Of a stretch of DNA of 64,000 nucleotides, positions 1 to 8,471 are shown one piece after another. Each line of letters starts with the position of its first letter. Within the stretch, counting starts at the first letter, position 1. Source of the DNA: Pseudomonadota bacterium (GTDB lineage Bacteria; UBA10199; 2-02-FULL-44-16; JAAZCA01). Under the pieces are notes generated by a model. That model did no database searches. It saw only the letters and a program-made list of their open reading frames with translations, and had not been told where the DNA came from. The stretch lies in NCBI GenBank assembly GCA_043798915.1, contig JAZDOG010000056.1, forward strand, positions 1-64,000, read 5' to 3'. The translations under genes and the position numbers were made by a program.

Positions 1-141
1 TATGCCTACTTTCGCCATCTCCTGGAAAAATTGCCTCTCGCCGAAAAGGCCGAGGACTTCGAGATCCTCCTGCCGCATGTTCTGAACCCCAAGGATATCC
101 CCGCGCTTCCTATCAGCCAGGCATCGCCGCCCGTCAGCTAG
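1..141 (+). CDS. IS66-family transposase, C-terminal fragment (runs off the window start)
   Basis: Frame 1 reads YAYFRHLLEKLPLAEKAEDFEILLPHVL..., resembling the IS66 TnpC C-terminal 'PYAYL..L..LP....D.E.LLP' signature; stop TAG at 139-141. Confidence 0.7.
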   Translation, partial: YAYFRHLLEKLPLAEKAEDFEILLPHVLNPKDIPALPISQASPPVS

Positions 142-2142
142 CCCGACTTCCGCAACTGGGCCCGCAGGGGTGAGTTAACCCCTTGATATTTCGTTGTTGG
201 AGGTCAAAAGGTCGGCACTACAAAACGGCGCTTTTATGGAATGGGATTTGTGATTTTCGGTGGCGGTTGTCCCGGGAATCTGAGCTTCATTTCGTGCATC
301 AACAACTGCACATCATCCTCCGGTTCGGTATATCGCGACAATATCAAATGCCTGTTGTCCGTTGTCGGCAGATGGACATCGACCATTTGAATCGCGGCGA
401 ATTTTTCAAGCACGGCCCTTGGGGTCAGCCCCCGTGCCAGCGGTTTCAGTTTATGCTTGAGCGTCACCTGCAGGCAGTAAGCCATGAATGCCACAAAGAT
501 GTGTGATTCGATTCTTTTATCGCACTGATGATAAACTGGCCGGATCGCCATGTCGCTTTTCAATTCCTTGAAAACCTGTTCGATTTCGGTGAGCTGGATA
601 TATTGCCGCCATAGGATCGATGGATCTTCGCTTTTCAAATTGGAGCGCAATAAATACGCGCCCTCCCTGTTCATCACCGTTCGATATTTTTCCGTGTTGA
701 ATGAAAACGAAAATGTTTCCGGCGTGACCTCTTCGTCCGGCTTGGGGATTTTGAGATTTGCGAGCGAAAACAACCGGCCAGCTTCCTTCTTGGCCACTCC
801 AATCTTCATCAACAGATGATCGCGAGAGGGACATTGCTCCCGAAGTTCCTTGAGATGTCTCCAAAGCCGCCTCAGTTTTCTGACCCGCATCGCCTTCTCT
901 TTATGAAATCTTCCCTGACTCTTCGCCAGGACATACACCTCGCCGTCCTCTTCTATGATTTTCACAAACACGTCATTCTTTGCGATTTCCCAGGGCTTGT
1001 CCAAAAACGCCTTCTCCAAGGATGTAAGTTTGCCGCGCGGAGTTCCGACAAGATATGATACAGGCGTGGTTGCGTTGCGCATATCCTCCAAAATCTTCTC
1101 TGTCGGAACGCCGCGGTCCATGACCCAGACGCGGTTGGCCTTGCCATATTGATTCTCAATCTTTTGGAGGAAATCGGGAAGTGTCGTCCTGTCCGACGTG
1201 TTGCCGTCCATCACTTCATATGCCAGGGGAAATCCCTCCGGCGTGACGATCAGCGCGATTACCACCTGCACACAGTCAGGCCGTTTGTCGCGACTGTATC
1301 CGCGCTTGCGCTTGCCGTTGTCCGGCGTATCACATTCGAAATACGTGCTCGTGAGATCATATAAGAGGACGTCGTAGCCCGCCTTGAACAAATCCTCCCA
1401 CTGGCCTCGGAGAAATGAAAACAACTCCTTCTTGTGCTCAATCAGTTTATCCAGACACCGATACAAAACGTCATCCGATACGACCTCGCCTGTCCCCAGC
1501 AGATCAGCCAGCGCCGTCTTCCCATACCAGTCCCTGTGAAGCCGCCACTCGCTTCCATGATCAAGAAGCGCATAGACAACCTGCGCCTTGAATATCCCCA
1601 GCCAATCGGTGCCTTCGCGGGACCGCAATAATCGCGACGCCCAAAAATCATCCAGACGCAGCAAATTCCACATCTCGCATGCCAGCCAGCACGCTCCCCA
1701 CTGGCGCGGCTTGCTGACCCTCAACCGATTCAACCGGATCTGCACAACCTCGTGATCCGGAAGCGGCGGCGGCGTGCGATCTTCAGGAAAAATGGCCAGC
1801 TGCTCGCGCCTGCCGTCGCGAAATATATCGAGGCTCTTGCACCACGACGCTCGCTGGCTGTCGTTGATTTCCCCAAGATACAAAACGTGTCTCTGAATAA
1901 CTTTTCCACCCATCGCACGACGATTTTCAACGACGCTGAAATAACGATGAGCCTTGCCGTCCTTGTATCGGGTCTTCGCTCGCAGGAACATGTCCACTGA
2001 ATACAGCAAAATCCCGCCCTCGCCAATGGGGTAGGTCGGCACTACAAGCGCTTTTCGCCGGTCGCCTCTCGTAAAATCAACGGGTTGTATGAATTTTTAG
2101 GACGATTTTTTCGAAACACGAGGCCCAGTTGCGGAAGTCGGG
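142..2142 (-). mobile_element. IS1634-family insertion sequence
   Basis: Perfect 21-bp terminal inverted repeats cccgacttccgcaactgggcc (142-162) and ggcccagttgcggaagtcggg (2122-2142) enclose one DDE transposase gene. Confidence 0.9.
234..1991 (-). CDS. IS1634-family DDE transposase
   Basis: Start MFLRAKTRYKDGK (ATG at 1991); motifs LYDLTSTYFE, RGYSRDKRPD, VMDRG, IEQVFKELKSD..IRPVYH, RIESHIFVAF. Confidence 0.93.
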   Translation of the reverse strand: MFLRAKTRYKDGKAHRYFSVVENRRAMGGKVIQRHVLYLGEINDSQRASWCKSLDIFRDGRREQLAIFPEDRTPPPLPDHEVVQIRLNRLRVSKPRQWGACWLACEMWNLLRLDDFWASRLLRSREGTDWLGIFKAQVVYALLDHGSEWRLHRDWYGKTALADLLGTGEVVSDDVLYRCLDKLIEHKKELFSFLRGQWEDLFKAGYDVLLYDLTSTYFECDTPDNGKRKRGYSRDKRPDCVQVVIALIVTPEGFPLAYEVMDGNTSDRTTLPDFLQKIENQYGKANRVWVMDRGVPTEKILEDMRNATTPVSYLVGTPRGKLTSLEKAFLDKPWEIAKNDVFVKIIEEDGEVYVLAKSQGRFHKEKAMRVRKLRRLWRHLKELREQCPSRDHLLMKIGVAKKEAGRLFSLANLKIPKPDEEVTPETFSFSFNTEKYRTVMNREGAYLLRSNLKSEDPSILWRQYIQLTEIEQVFKELKSDMAIRPVYHQCDKRIESHIFVAFMAYCLQVTLKHKLKPLARGLTPRAVLEKFAAIQMVDVHLPTTDNRHLILSRYTEPEDDVQLLMHEMKLRFPGQPPPKITNPIP

Positions 2143-2188
2143 TTAATTCGTTAAATAAGTGTCGTGTCCCCCGAATTTTTGTGCCCGG

Positions 2189-2230
2189 AAACCACCGGTC
2201 ACGGAGCAAACCTTGAAAAGTAATCATATT
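2189..2230 (+). repeat. Junction repeat, single arm plus core
   Basis: aaaccaccggtcacggagcaaacc followed by gaaaagtaatcatatt, which recurs at 6485-6500. Confidence 0.85.
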
Positions 2231-2272
2231 CAGGTGTTTCAATTTTGCACGAATGGTTGCTGCATCCCAAGA

Positions 2273-3160
2273 TCAGAACCACAATGGGTGCTCCCTCCAA
2301 CCGGCCGGGATGCCCATGGAAAGCGTCGGAACTTCCCGGTAATGATCGAAGAGCGTATAAAGACGATCACGCCAATGGCTTTGCGGTGCGATGTGACGCA
2401 TGAGGTAGTACAGGAGTGTCAAGACGACAAAAAGGCGATCATTGCCAACTGCACGCGGTGCATGCCACCGGGAGTCATGTCGTGACGCCGGCAGGATCGG
2501 TTTGATGGCAAGTTCGCGGTTCCAAAGCCTGGAATGATGAGCGCACAGGTTCCGAATATAATTCAGCGTCAACAACCACGAGAACAGCACCTTCCCCGAA
2601 AGGTCAAATTTCCGGGCAATCGCCCTTTGGATGTGCATACCACTGTGGCGAAACATGGTGAACATCTGCCCGAACGTCATAGTCTCGACGGCCGCCCACA
2701 GGGGGATATCCGGAAATTCATCGTAGGTGCGCCGGAAGTGATCCACAAAGACTTCCCGGCTGCCATGGGCATTCTCATGAAGCTCGTCGATAAGGCGCTG
2801 GCGGTCCGCGGCAGTGATGCTTGGGAAAGCGCAAACGTCCAGATGCGCAAACGAGCCATGCTGCTGCGTCAGTTCGTATGCCAGGCGAGTACGGACAGCA
2901 ACCTCGACGCGCTCGATGGCATCCATGACCAGAAGGCGGAGCTGGCGGTCGAATGTATAGCGCCCCCAGACACAATCGAGCGTCGTCTTGGGTTCGAATG
3001 AGTCATCCGAACATTTAAATGGATGCCAGTAGGCGGAAAGCCGATAATAATTGACCGACTGCAGACAAGATACGAGCCGAGCCTTATCAGCGACGAGCCC
3101 GCGAGCCAGCAGATGGTCGGCCTGTTGTTCGAAGGTGAGAGGGGGTTTTGTGTACTTCAT
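2273..3160 (-). CDS. Abi_2/AbiF-family abortive-infection protein (HEPN RNase)
   Basis: MKYTKPPLTFEQQ...RGL, VNYYRLSAY, Y.FDRQLR, PLWAAVETMTFG, and HEPN motif RNLCAHHSRLWN; ATG at 3160. Confidence 0.9.
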   Translation of the reverse strand: MKYTKPPLTFEQQADHLLARGLVADKARLVSCLQSVNYYRLSAYWHPFKCSDDSFEPKTTLDCVWGRYTFDRQLRLLVMDAIERVEVAVRTRLAYELTQQHGSFAHLDVCAFPSITAADRQRLIDELHENAHGSREVFVDHFRRTYDEFPDIPLWAAVETMTFGQMFTMFRHSGMHIQRAIARKFDLSGKVLFSWLLTLNYIRNLCAHHSRLWNRELAIKPILPASRHDSRWHAPRAVGNDRLFVVLTLLYYLMRHIAPQSHWRDRLYTLFDHYREVPTLSMGIPAGWREHPLWF

Positions 3161-3169
3161 GCGAACCCC

Positions 3170-3228
3170 ATAGAAAAACCCGCCACGTTTGAGCTTGGCT
3201 TGTGCCAGAGGCTTGGCGGGTGTGCTAA
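3170..3228 (-). ncRNA. Putative abiF-associated structured RNA (candidate RNA antitoxin or leader)
   Basis: Minus strand has an 8-bp stem acccgcca...tggcgggt enclosing 28 nt, then a U-run, between the predicted promoter and the AbiF start; matches the known placement of the abiF RNA motif. Confidence 0.65.
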
Positions 3229-3232
3229 GATA

Positions 3233-3260
3233 AGGATAGCATATTGTGTGTCCGTGTCCA
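3233..3260 (-). promoter_or_regulatory. Sigma70-type promoter for the abiF RNA and gene
   Basis: Minus strand TGGACA-N16-TATCCT with extended -10 TG (TGcTATCCT). Confidence 0.5.
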
Positions 3261-3300
3261 TAAAATATTTCGACATCCGAAGCCAACTCACCCCGCCTTA

Positions 3301-3333
3301 AAACCATCGGCCACGGAGAAACCAGCGGTGGTT
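3301..3333. repeat. Junction repeat, degenerate palindrome
   Basis: aaaccatcggccacggagaaacc followed by inverted partial arm agcggtggtt. Confidence 0.7.
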
Positions 3334-3346
3334 CCGATGCTCCTTT

Positions 3347-4147
3347 TCATTGCGCTGGCTGCTTAGGCTGATAGCTGCCGCACTGAAAACTGCCTGGGTC
3401 ATTTTCCTGGTCGTCCCGCGTCAGCATACAGAGGAGATCTTCCGTCACTCCAAGCTTTCGGCAGTGCGGACAGTCAGGAGCGTGATCGGAATATTCGTAC
3501 TTGACGCAGGTTGGGCAGACGTCTTTCCAACCGGCCTTTTTTATTCCGGGTTGCGCCTTGAGCTTTGTCTTCGCTCCGCTGGGTCGAGCCTTGGATGTCG
3601 GCACCCATCCAACCTGCTTCTTTGGTTTTGCCTGTTTGATCCGCTTGAGTCCTTTATTGATCCGCTCGATCTCGAACAGCTGCGGATCGAAATTCTCACC
3701 TATCCATTCTCGCATCTCGCCATATTCCGGATGCTTTTCATCCTGGATGACAGAGAGAATATCATAATAGCCGTAAAGGCCGCCGCAATCCTCAGGTGGG
3801 GCAGCGTTTGCCCCATCCAGACAGATGGCATGCGTCACACCCTTGGGGGCCTCGGCCATCTTCTCGAAGACGATCTCATGCTCCCAGTCATCGCCGAAGT
3901 CATAGAGGTATGTCGCTTTTTGCTTGGGTCGGCTGAAATGCCGATCGAGGGGCCAGCTCTTGCCGATCTTGCTGCTGCGGTAGGCCTTGCCGGAGTAAAA
4001 ATCATGCATGTGACAGTTTTCCCAACCGAAAAGACCCTGAATCACCTTATGTAGTTCACGGAATGAGAAGGACCTGGGCACAAGAACGCGTCGCCAGATG
4101 GGCGGCCGAGAATCGACGAGCGATATTTTGAACTGATACATTTCCAT
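3347..4147 (-). CDS. Plasmid pRiA4b ORF-3 family protein with Cys-rich C-terminal extension
   Basis: YQFKISL...PPIWRR, W.NCHMH.F, YLYDFGDDWEH, APPEDCGG..GY; RBS aggagg. Confidence 0.9.
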   Translation of the reverse strand: MEMYQFKISLVDSRPPIWRRVLVPRSFSFRELHKVIQGLFGWENCHMHDFYSGKAYRSSKIGKSWPLDRHFSRPKQKATYLYDFGDDWEHEIVFEKMAEAPKGVTHAICLDGANAAPPEDCGGLYGYYDILSVIQDEKHPEYGEMREWIGENFDPQLFEIERINKGLKRIKQAKPKKQVGWVPTSKARPSGAKTKLKAQPGIKKAGWKDVCPTCVKYEYSDHAPDCPHCRKLGVTEDLLCMLTRDDQENDPGSFQCGSYQPKQPAQ

Positions 4148-4216
4148 GTGGCCTCCTGACTACCGGACACTAGGCAAGACAACGCTTGAGCGTCAACCTT
4201 AAAACTTTTCTCACTG

Positions 4217-4276
4217 TCACGCAGATGTTTCGTCGAAAACTTCCGCCACCAGCGACAAAAGTTCAGTGAGTTCCAT
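4217..4276 (-). pseudogene. Truncated 19-codon ORF, possible remnant of a nucleotidyltransferase partner gene
   Basis: MELTELLSLVAEVFDETSA* overlaps the end of the upstream 71-aa ORF; partner identity is recalled from similar gene pairs, not shown. Confidence 0.3.
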
Positions 4277-4478
4277 GGAGCATCCTGTTGGCCACTTCGG
4301 CCATCACGTGTTCTTCGTTCCAATCAGGGTGCATATGGCGGATGGATGCGCCGATCAGCGTCCGCGCAGATTTCCACATCCCGTTGGCGATGGCCAGCCG
4401 CTCCCACGGCGTCTTGTTCTGGAGGATTAGCGCCACATCGTCGTCGATCACTTCGATCTGTCCATCGCTCAAGTTCAC
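4263..4478 (-). CDS. Small hypothetical protein (TA-like)
   Basis: 71 aa GQIEVIDDDVA.IL..KTPWERL; RBS gagga upstream. Confidence 0.65.
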   Translation of the reverse strand: MNLSDGQIEVIDDDVALILQNKTPWERLAIANGMWKSARTLIGASIRHMHPDWNEEHVMAEVANRMLHGTH

Positions 4479-4506
4479 ATGGTCCTCGCAAATATCCCTA
4501 TAACAG

Positions 4507-4611
4507 ACCGCCGGTCATGGAGCAAACCCTATAATTTGAATCGGTTACACAACCGTTTCTAAGTCTGGCGTGCATAAAAATTTTAATGGATTTGCTCCGT
4601 TATGGGTGGTT
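4507..4611. repeat. Junction repeat, full palindromic element
   Basis: Arm accgccggtcatggagcaaacc (4507-4528) and inverted arm tttgctccgttatgggtggtt (4591-4611); core tttgaatcggttaca shared with ~6499-6513. Confidence 0.85.
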
Positions 4612-4632
4612 CAGGTGAGCGAAACAGTCCCC

Positions 4633-5100
4633 TCACAGATCGCTTGTGCGTATCAGGATGGAACCGTCGGCTTCCAGATTATTCGTGAGATATTTGCATC
4701 GCGCTTCATGTTCGATGCGTTCACGGTTTGCGACGAACATCTTGAGCGGGGCTTTGCCATCCTTGCCAAAATTATCTTCCAGTGCCTCCTGGCTGATGGC
4801 GCATCGCACGGTTTTTTCGCGATCCTTGCCGCTGAAGAGGACGACTTCACGATCGAAATCGTATCGCTCCTTCGGCTCTGGGAATACGAGCTGTCGCTCA
4901 TCGATCATGCCCAGCACAGTCATAATGCTTATAATGGTTGATAGCTGAATGCCCTTCTCGCCGTTTTCAAAGCGGGAGACGGTTGGAGTGCTGACGTCAG
5001 CCAGCGTTGCCAGCCTTTTCTGTGTCAGCTTTTGGTTCTTGCGTCTTTGCTTTGCCTCTTCGACAAGAGCTGACCAGTTAATTTGAAACTGCCGTTCCAT
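4633..5100 (-). CDS. XRE-type HTH protein fused to a DUF1488-like domain; probable HipA antitoxin
   Basis: LTQKRLATLADVSTPTVSRFENG HTH; C-terminal VRCAISQEALEDNF..F..NRERIE. Confidence 0.8.
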   Translation of the reverse strand: MERQFQINWSALVEEAKQRRKNQKLTQKRLATLADVSTPTVSRFENGEKGIQLSTIISIMTVLGMIDERQLVFPEPKERYDFDREVVLFSGKDREKTVRCAISQEALEDNFGKDGKAPLKMFVANRERIEHEARCKYLTNNLEADGSILIRTSDL

Positions 5101-6260
5101 CGTTTCTCCATTTTCTCTATGAGGTTATTATGCAGCGTTTGAGATCCAATGTTCGATTTTGACAGCGCTTCAAACGCAGAAGGCAATTGTTTTCCAATAG
5201 CCTCTACCGCAGTAACGACGGCCTCTTCTCTTAAGCCGAATCCCTTGCTCATTTGCAGCAAATGTTTTGGGAGCAATTTACCGATTGCAAGGTTTTCAAT
5301 TCCACTCACCGAGAGGGCGATGGACTGGTATTCCTTGTATATTGACGACGCGACCAAATCGTAAGACGGTGTTAAGCGGAGTCCGTCGCGGGTATGAAAC
5401 ATGGCAAAATTCTTGAAATGCGCATCCGTATTACCCACGAGTAAAGATGCGAAGACACGCTGCAGCAGACGATCCGCCTCAGCAGGAATGCATCCCGGAG
5501 TGTTCAGGATGAACTGTCCCATCTCTTCATACGTACCCTCATATTTATCATCGCCTGAAGATCGGCCCAGGAGTTGATTGAATTCCTCAAAATGAATTCG
5601 TTTGCCGGTTGAAGTTCGGTCGAAACGGGGGATAACGAGCGCCTGTTCCTTGATGAATGAAATACCGGCAATCTCCATGTCCACCACATCGTCACCCGGC
5701 AAGAGTTTGCGCACAGCCTGGGTAGTCAGATATTCCAATTCAATTATGTTTGCCAGGTTGCCGGAAGACAGCTTGGCAATATGCGTGCTTAATTCCCCAG
5801 GATGCACCGGACGATACTGATCGCCATCCTTGACTACGAGCAACTTGCGCTGCACGCCGGACAAAGAGGCCCTTCCCAATAAAGCTGCCAGCGTAGCGTC
5901 GTCGGTATGATCGAGATGTTTGTGTGCTTGTTCTTCCGGGTCAATAATGGAGACTGCCCCGGCAAGATCAAACCCAAACCCAAGCAGCAGCGCAAAGCGA
6001 TTGCCAGGGTTTACACCCAATGCCTTTGCCTGCGCATTTCTGAGCCAACCCTCGGCTGCCAAATTATCGAAAAACGAGTGCAATCCCTTCTCGGAAAAAT
6101 AAGGTTCGGATTGAAGCGGTAAAGTATGCGCAATTGCCGGGTGCCTGGCTTCGAGATAAGAGATGTCGTAGGTGAACACAACTCTACCGCCGGGCTCTTC
6201 CTGCAGCCTCCCGGCGTATATATCTTTAAAGTAGATTTTACCCCAAAGTGTCTTTGCCAT
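5025..6260 (-). CDS. hipA: HipA-family kinase toxin
   Basis: N-terminal F.Y...Y...LP...FFDNLAAEG; SLSGVQRK, GNTDAHFKNF, LTPSYDL. Confidence 0.9.
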   Translation of the reverse strand: MAKTLWGKIYFKDIYAGRLQEEPGGRVVFTYDISYLEARHPAIAHTLPLQSEPYFSEKGLHSFFDNLAAEGWLRNAQAKALGVNPGNRFALLLGFGFDLAGAVSIIDPEEQAHKHLDHTDDATLAALLGRASLSGVQRKLLVVKDGDQYRPVHPGELSTHIAKLSSGNLANIIELEYLTTQAVRKLLPGDDVVDMEIAGISFIKEQALVIPRFDRTSTGKRIHFEEFNQLLGRSSGDDKYEGTYEEMGQFILNTPGCIPAEADRLLQRVFASLLVGNTDAHFKNFAMFHTRDGLRLTPSYDLVASSIYKEYQSIALSVSGIENLAIGKLLPKHLLQMSKGFGLREEAVVTAVEAIGKQLPSAFEALSKSNIGSQTLHNNLIEKMEKRWNGSFKLTGQLLSKRQSKDARTKS

Positions 6261-6423
6261 ATAAAGTATGTTTTATGTTAATGGAATATCAAAGCTTTGC
6301 TATAAATCATATTATATCTTTTTAAGATAATGAGCAAGAATATAAAATATACTTGATATATTGCCTATGTGATTGACTGAAAATTCCAAGGTTTGCTGCG
6401 TCTGATGAAATTGACACCTAAAA

Positions 6424-6541
6424 TGTCAGACGGAGCAAAAATAATAGCTTAATTATCGGCAAATTAGCTTTGCTCCGATAAGATGAAAAGCAATCATATT
6501 TGAATCAGTTACAAATGGGTTTGCTCCGTTACGGGCGGTTT
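6424..6541. repeat. Junction repeat, compound element
   Basis: acggagcaaa (6430-6439), tttgctccg (6469-6477), conserved core, and full inverted arm ggtttgctccgttacgggcggttt (6518-6541) overlapping the TAA of the upstream gene. Confidence 0.85.
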
Positions 6542-7118
6542 ACTCGCATATTAATTTATTTTTGATCGTGCTCAGCTTATTATTTTTCAACCCCTCCGAA
6601 TAATCATAATAACAACCCGGCTTGGAAGAGCATTTGGTGCCCGCCCTGCCTATTAAAGTGAGCCTATTTCCTGACCAACGGTATGTTTCCGTCCAGTTTT
6701 CGCAGGCGCTGCTGTGATTGCAGCTTGAAAAAACCGTTTTTGTCGCCAGCTGCGCCTCGACGCATGGCAGGGAGCTCAGTTTCTTGTTGAAAATGAATTT
6801 TTGTTGCGAGGGATCAAACAAATAAACATTGTAAAAAATCTGCACGTTTCCAGCACTGCTGAAGACGGCAAGGTCCGGATAACCGTCGAAGTTGAAGTCC
6901 TCCAAGCGTGCCGCAGGTTCGTCGCCCAGAGATTCTTTTTCAGGGAGTTTTATCTCGATCAATGTCTTCCCCGATTTTGTCATGGAGACTCGGGCGTACG
7001 AGGCCTGACCCTTTCTTTGAATATCGAGTTTATAAAGGGGATCAGCAGGCGCGGCAAACAGCTCGAAAGGAGCCAGCGTCAAAAGAATGCCGAGACCCGC
7101 GATAACTATGGTACGCAT
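6540..7118 (-). CDS. Secreted protein, XAC2610-like
   Basis: Signal peptide MRTIVIAGLGILLTLAP; LEDFNFDGYPDL, YLFDP...F.FN..LS.L motifs; RBS aggag. Confidence 0.7.
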   Translation of the reverse strand: MRTIVIAGLGILLTLAPFELFAAPADPLYKLDIQRKGQASYARVSMTKSGKTLIEIKLPEKESLGDEPAARLEDFNFDGYPDLAVFSSAGNVQIFYNVYLFDPSQQKFIFNKKLSSLPCVEAQLATKTVFSSCNHSSACENWTETYRWSGNRLTLIGRAGTKCSSKPGCYYDYSEGLKNNKLSTIKNKLICE

Positions 7119-7132
7119 TTTTGTTCTCCTTT

Positions 7133-7182
7133 CGAAACACCGGTCGCGGAGCAAGCGCGCTCCGTGACCGGTGGTTGTTTCG
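7133..7182. repeat. Junction repeat, compact near-perfect palindrome
   Basis: cgaaacaccggtcgcggagc-aagcgc-gctccgtgaccggtggttgtttcg. Confidence 0.9.
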
Positions 7183-7242
7183 CTCAAAATGTCTCTGTGA
7201 ACAACGATGTCAAAAGGGATCGGGGGAGCGGACATTACCCGG

Positions 7243-8001
7243 CTAACAACCGCGCGTGCAATAGGCCACGGCCTGCTGGGCAGCGGAGGTGCAGTTGCCG
7301 ACGCCCGAACAATAATAGACGCCGCTGCCGACGTCGTACCAGGAATTGGTGCCATCGCTACAGGCGCGGAGGCTGCAGCTGCACATCGCAGTCCAGGACG
7401 AGCAAACGGTGTCTCCACTGGCACCGCCGTCGCTGCTCTCGATATTCTCGATCGTGGCTGACTCCACCGTATACGTGGAAAAGTTGTCTCCCGTGATACT
7501 CGCCGCAGCGAAGTCCATGTTCGTCACACCGGTATCGGCCTGCTCATAGCATGTCCCGTTGCCGCGGTAGTCGCGGTTGCAGACCTGGCTGGTGGTTGGT
7601 TCTGTGTCCACGAGTCCCGTCTCGATCTCGACCTCCCCGGCGGCGATCTCCGCGTCGGTGAGCGGGTAGACGAAATAGCCGTCGAGGTCCGTGACCTCGA
7701 TGATAATTTCGGTGATCTCGATCTCCGTAACCACGGAGAAGTCCACCGTCCACGTGACCGTCTGGTTGACGGTGTAGGTCGTGTTCGACGGCGCTGTGAC
7801 CTTCGGCTTCTGGGTCGTCGCTGCCGCTGCGGAGGACGGCGTCCCCGACTGAAAAACGGCATTCGGGATCATGAGGTACTGGTGCGTTGTTGTACCTCCG
7901 CCGTCACTGCCACTGCCACTGCCGGAGGAAAAGCACCCCGCTGCTGCCAGGCAGATGATGAATATCGAAATAGCGACAAGAAACCTCGGAGTTGTCTTCA
8001 T
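7243..8001 (-). CDS. Lipoprotein A: Thr/acidic core with Cys-rich C-terminal tip
   Basis: Lipobox AAGC followed by a Ser/Gly linker; paralog of 13364-14158. Confidence 0.8.
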   Translation of the reverse strand: MKTTPRFLVAISIFIICLAAAGCFSSGSGSGSDGGGTTTHQYLMIPNAVFQSGTPSSAAAATTQKPKVTAPSNTTYTVNQTVTWTVDFSVVTEIEITEIIIEVTDLDGYFVYPLTDAEIAAGEVEIETGLVDTEPTTSQVCNRDYRGNGTCYEQADTGVTNMDFAAASITGDNFSTYTVESATIENIESSDGGASGDTVCSSWTAMCSCSLRACSDGTNSWYDVGSGVYYCSGVGNCTSAAQQAVAYCTRGC

Positions 8002-8268
8002 ATTCCCCCTTTCCCCGGCGATGCGACAGCCGCACCAGAGACGGCTCTGACGGTCTTTGTTTGTATATGAATTCTAGCATATGACAATGAAATACGATAG
8101 CACTGGTTCCCTTCTGAGGAACCTTGGCACCATCTCAGTTATTTCTTATATTTAAGAGTTTATCCCCCATTTATTTAGGGTGCCAAAAGTGAAAAACCCT
8201 TGGAATTCCAAGGTTTTTTTCTTATCTCAATATGAACTTTAGAACCAACAGTATAAATCTTCGTAGCC

Positions 8269-8295
8269 TCACGAAGCGTATTCACAGGCTTCATG
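8269..8295 (-). repeat. Displaced copy of the radical SAM gene 3' end (direct repeat of 12042-12068)
   Basis: tcacgaagcgtattcacaggcttcatg vs tcacgaagcgtattcgcatgcctcatg, 24/27 identical; both encode HEACEYAS* on the minus strand. Confidence 0.85.
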
Positions 8296-8471
8296 TGTCC
8301 CACGGCGGAGCTGTCTTTTCAAATTTCAACTAGGACTAGGATATCATCTAATATAGCAAATTATTTGACAAATATTTGTGATCGGAAGAATACAGTAGCA
8401 TCCTTATAAAGAAAGAATACTATGGCGCATCCAGAATAGAAGTTCTAAAATTTTTGAAGAAAGGAGTACTT

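Noticed and set aside
2157..2180. aagtgtcgtgtcccccgaattt as a REP-type end linked to HUH transposases
   Set aside because: Resemblance is from memory only; single copy and no such transposase in the window.
2189..7182. Junction palindromes as integron attC sites
   Set aside because: No consistent RYYYAAC/GTTRRRY boxes, the arms pair symmetrically without attC spacing, and no intI is in the window; kept as a separate unexplained element.
7119..7424. Long N-terminal extension of ORF 6540..7424
   Set aside because: Overlaps lipoprotein A and crosses the palindrome; RBS and signal peptide support the ATG at 7118.
8192..8221. Hairpin aaaaacccttggaattccaaggttttttt as an ncRNA
   Set aside because: More simply a terminator-like hairpin, plausibly the original one behind the displaced radical SAM end.
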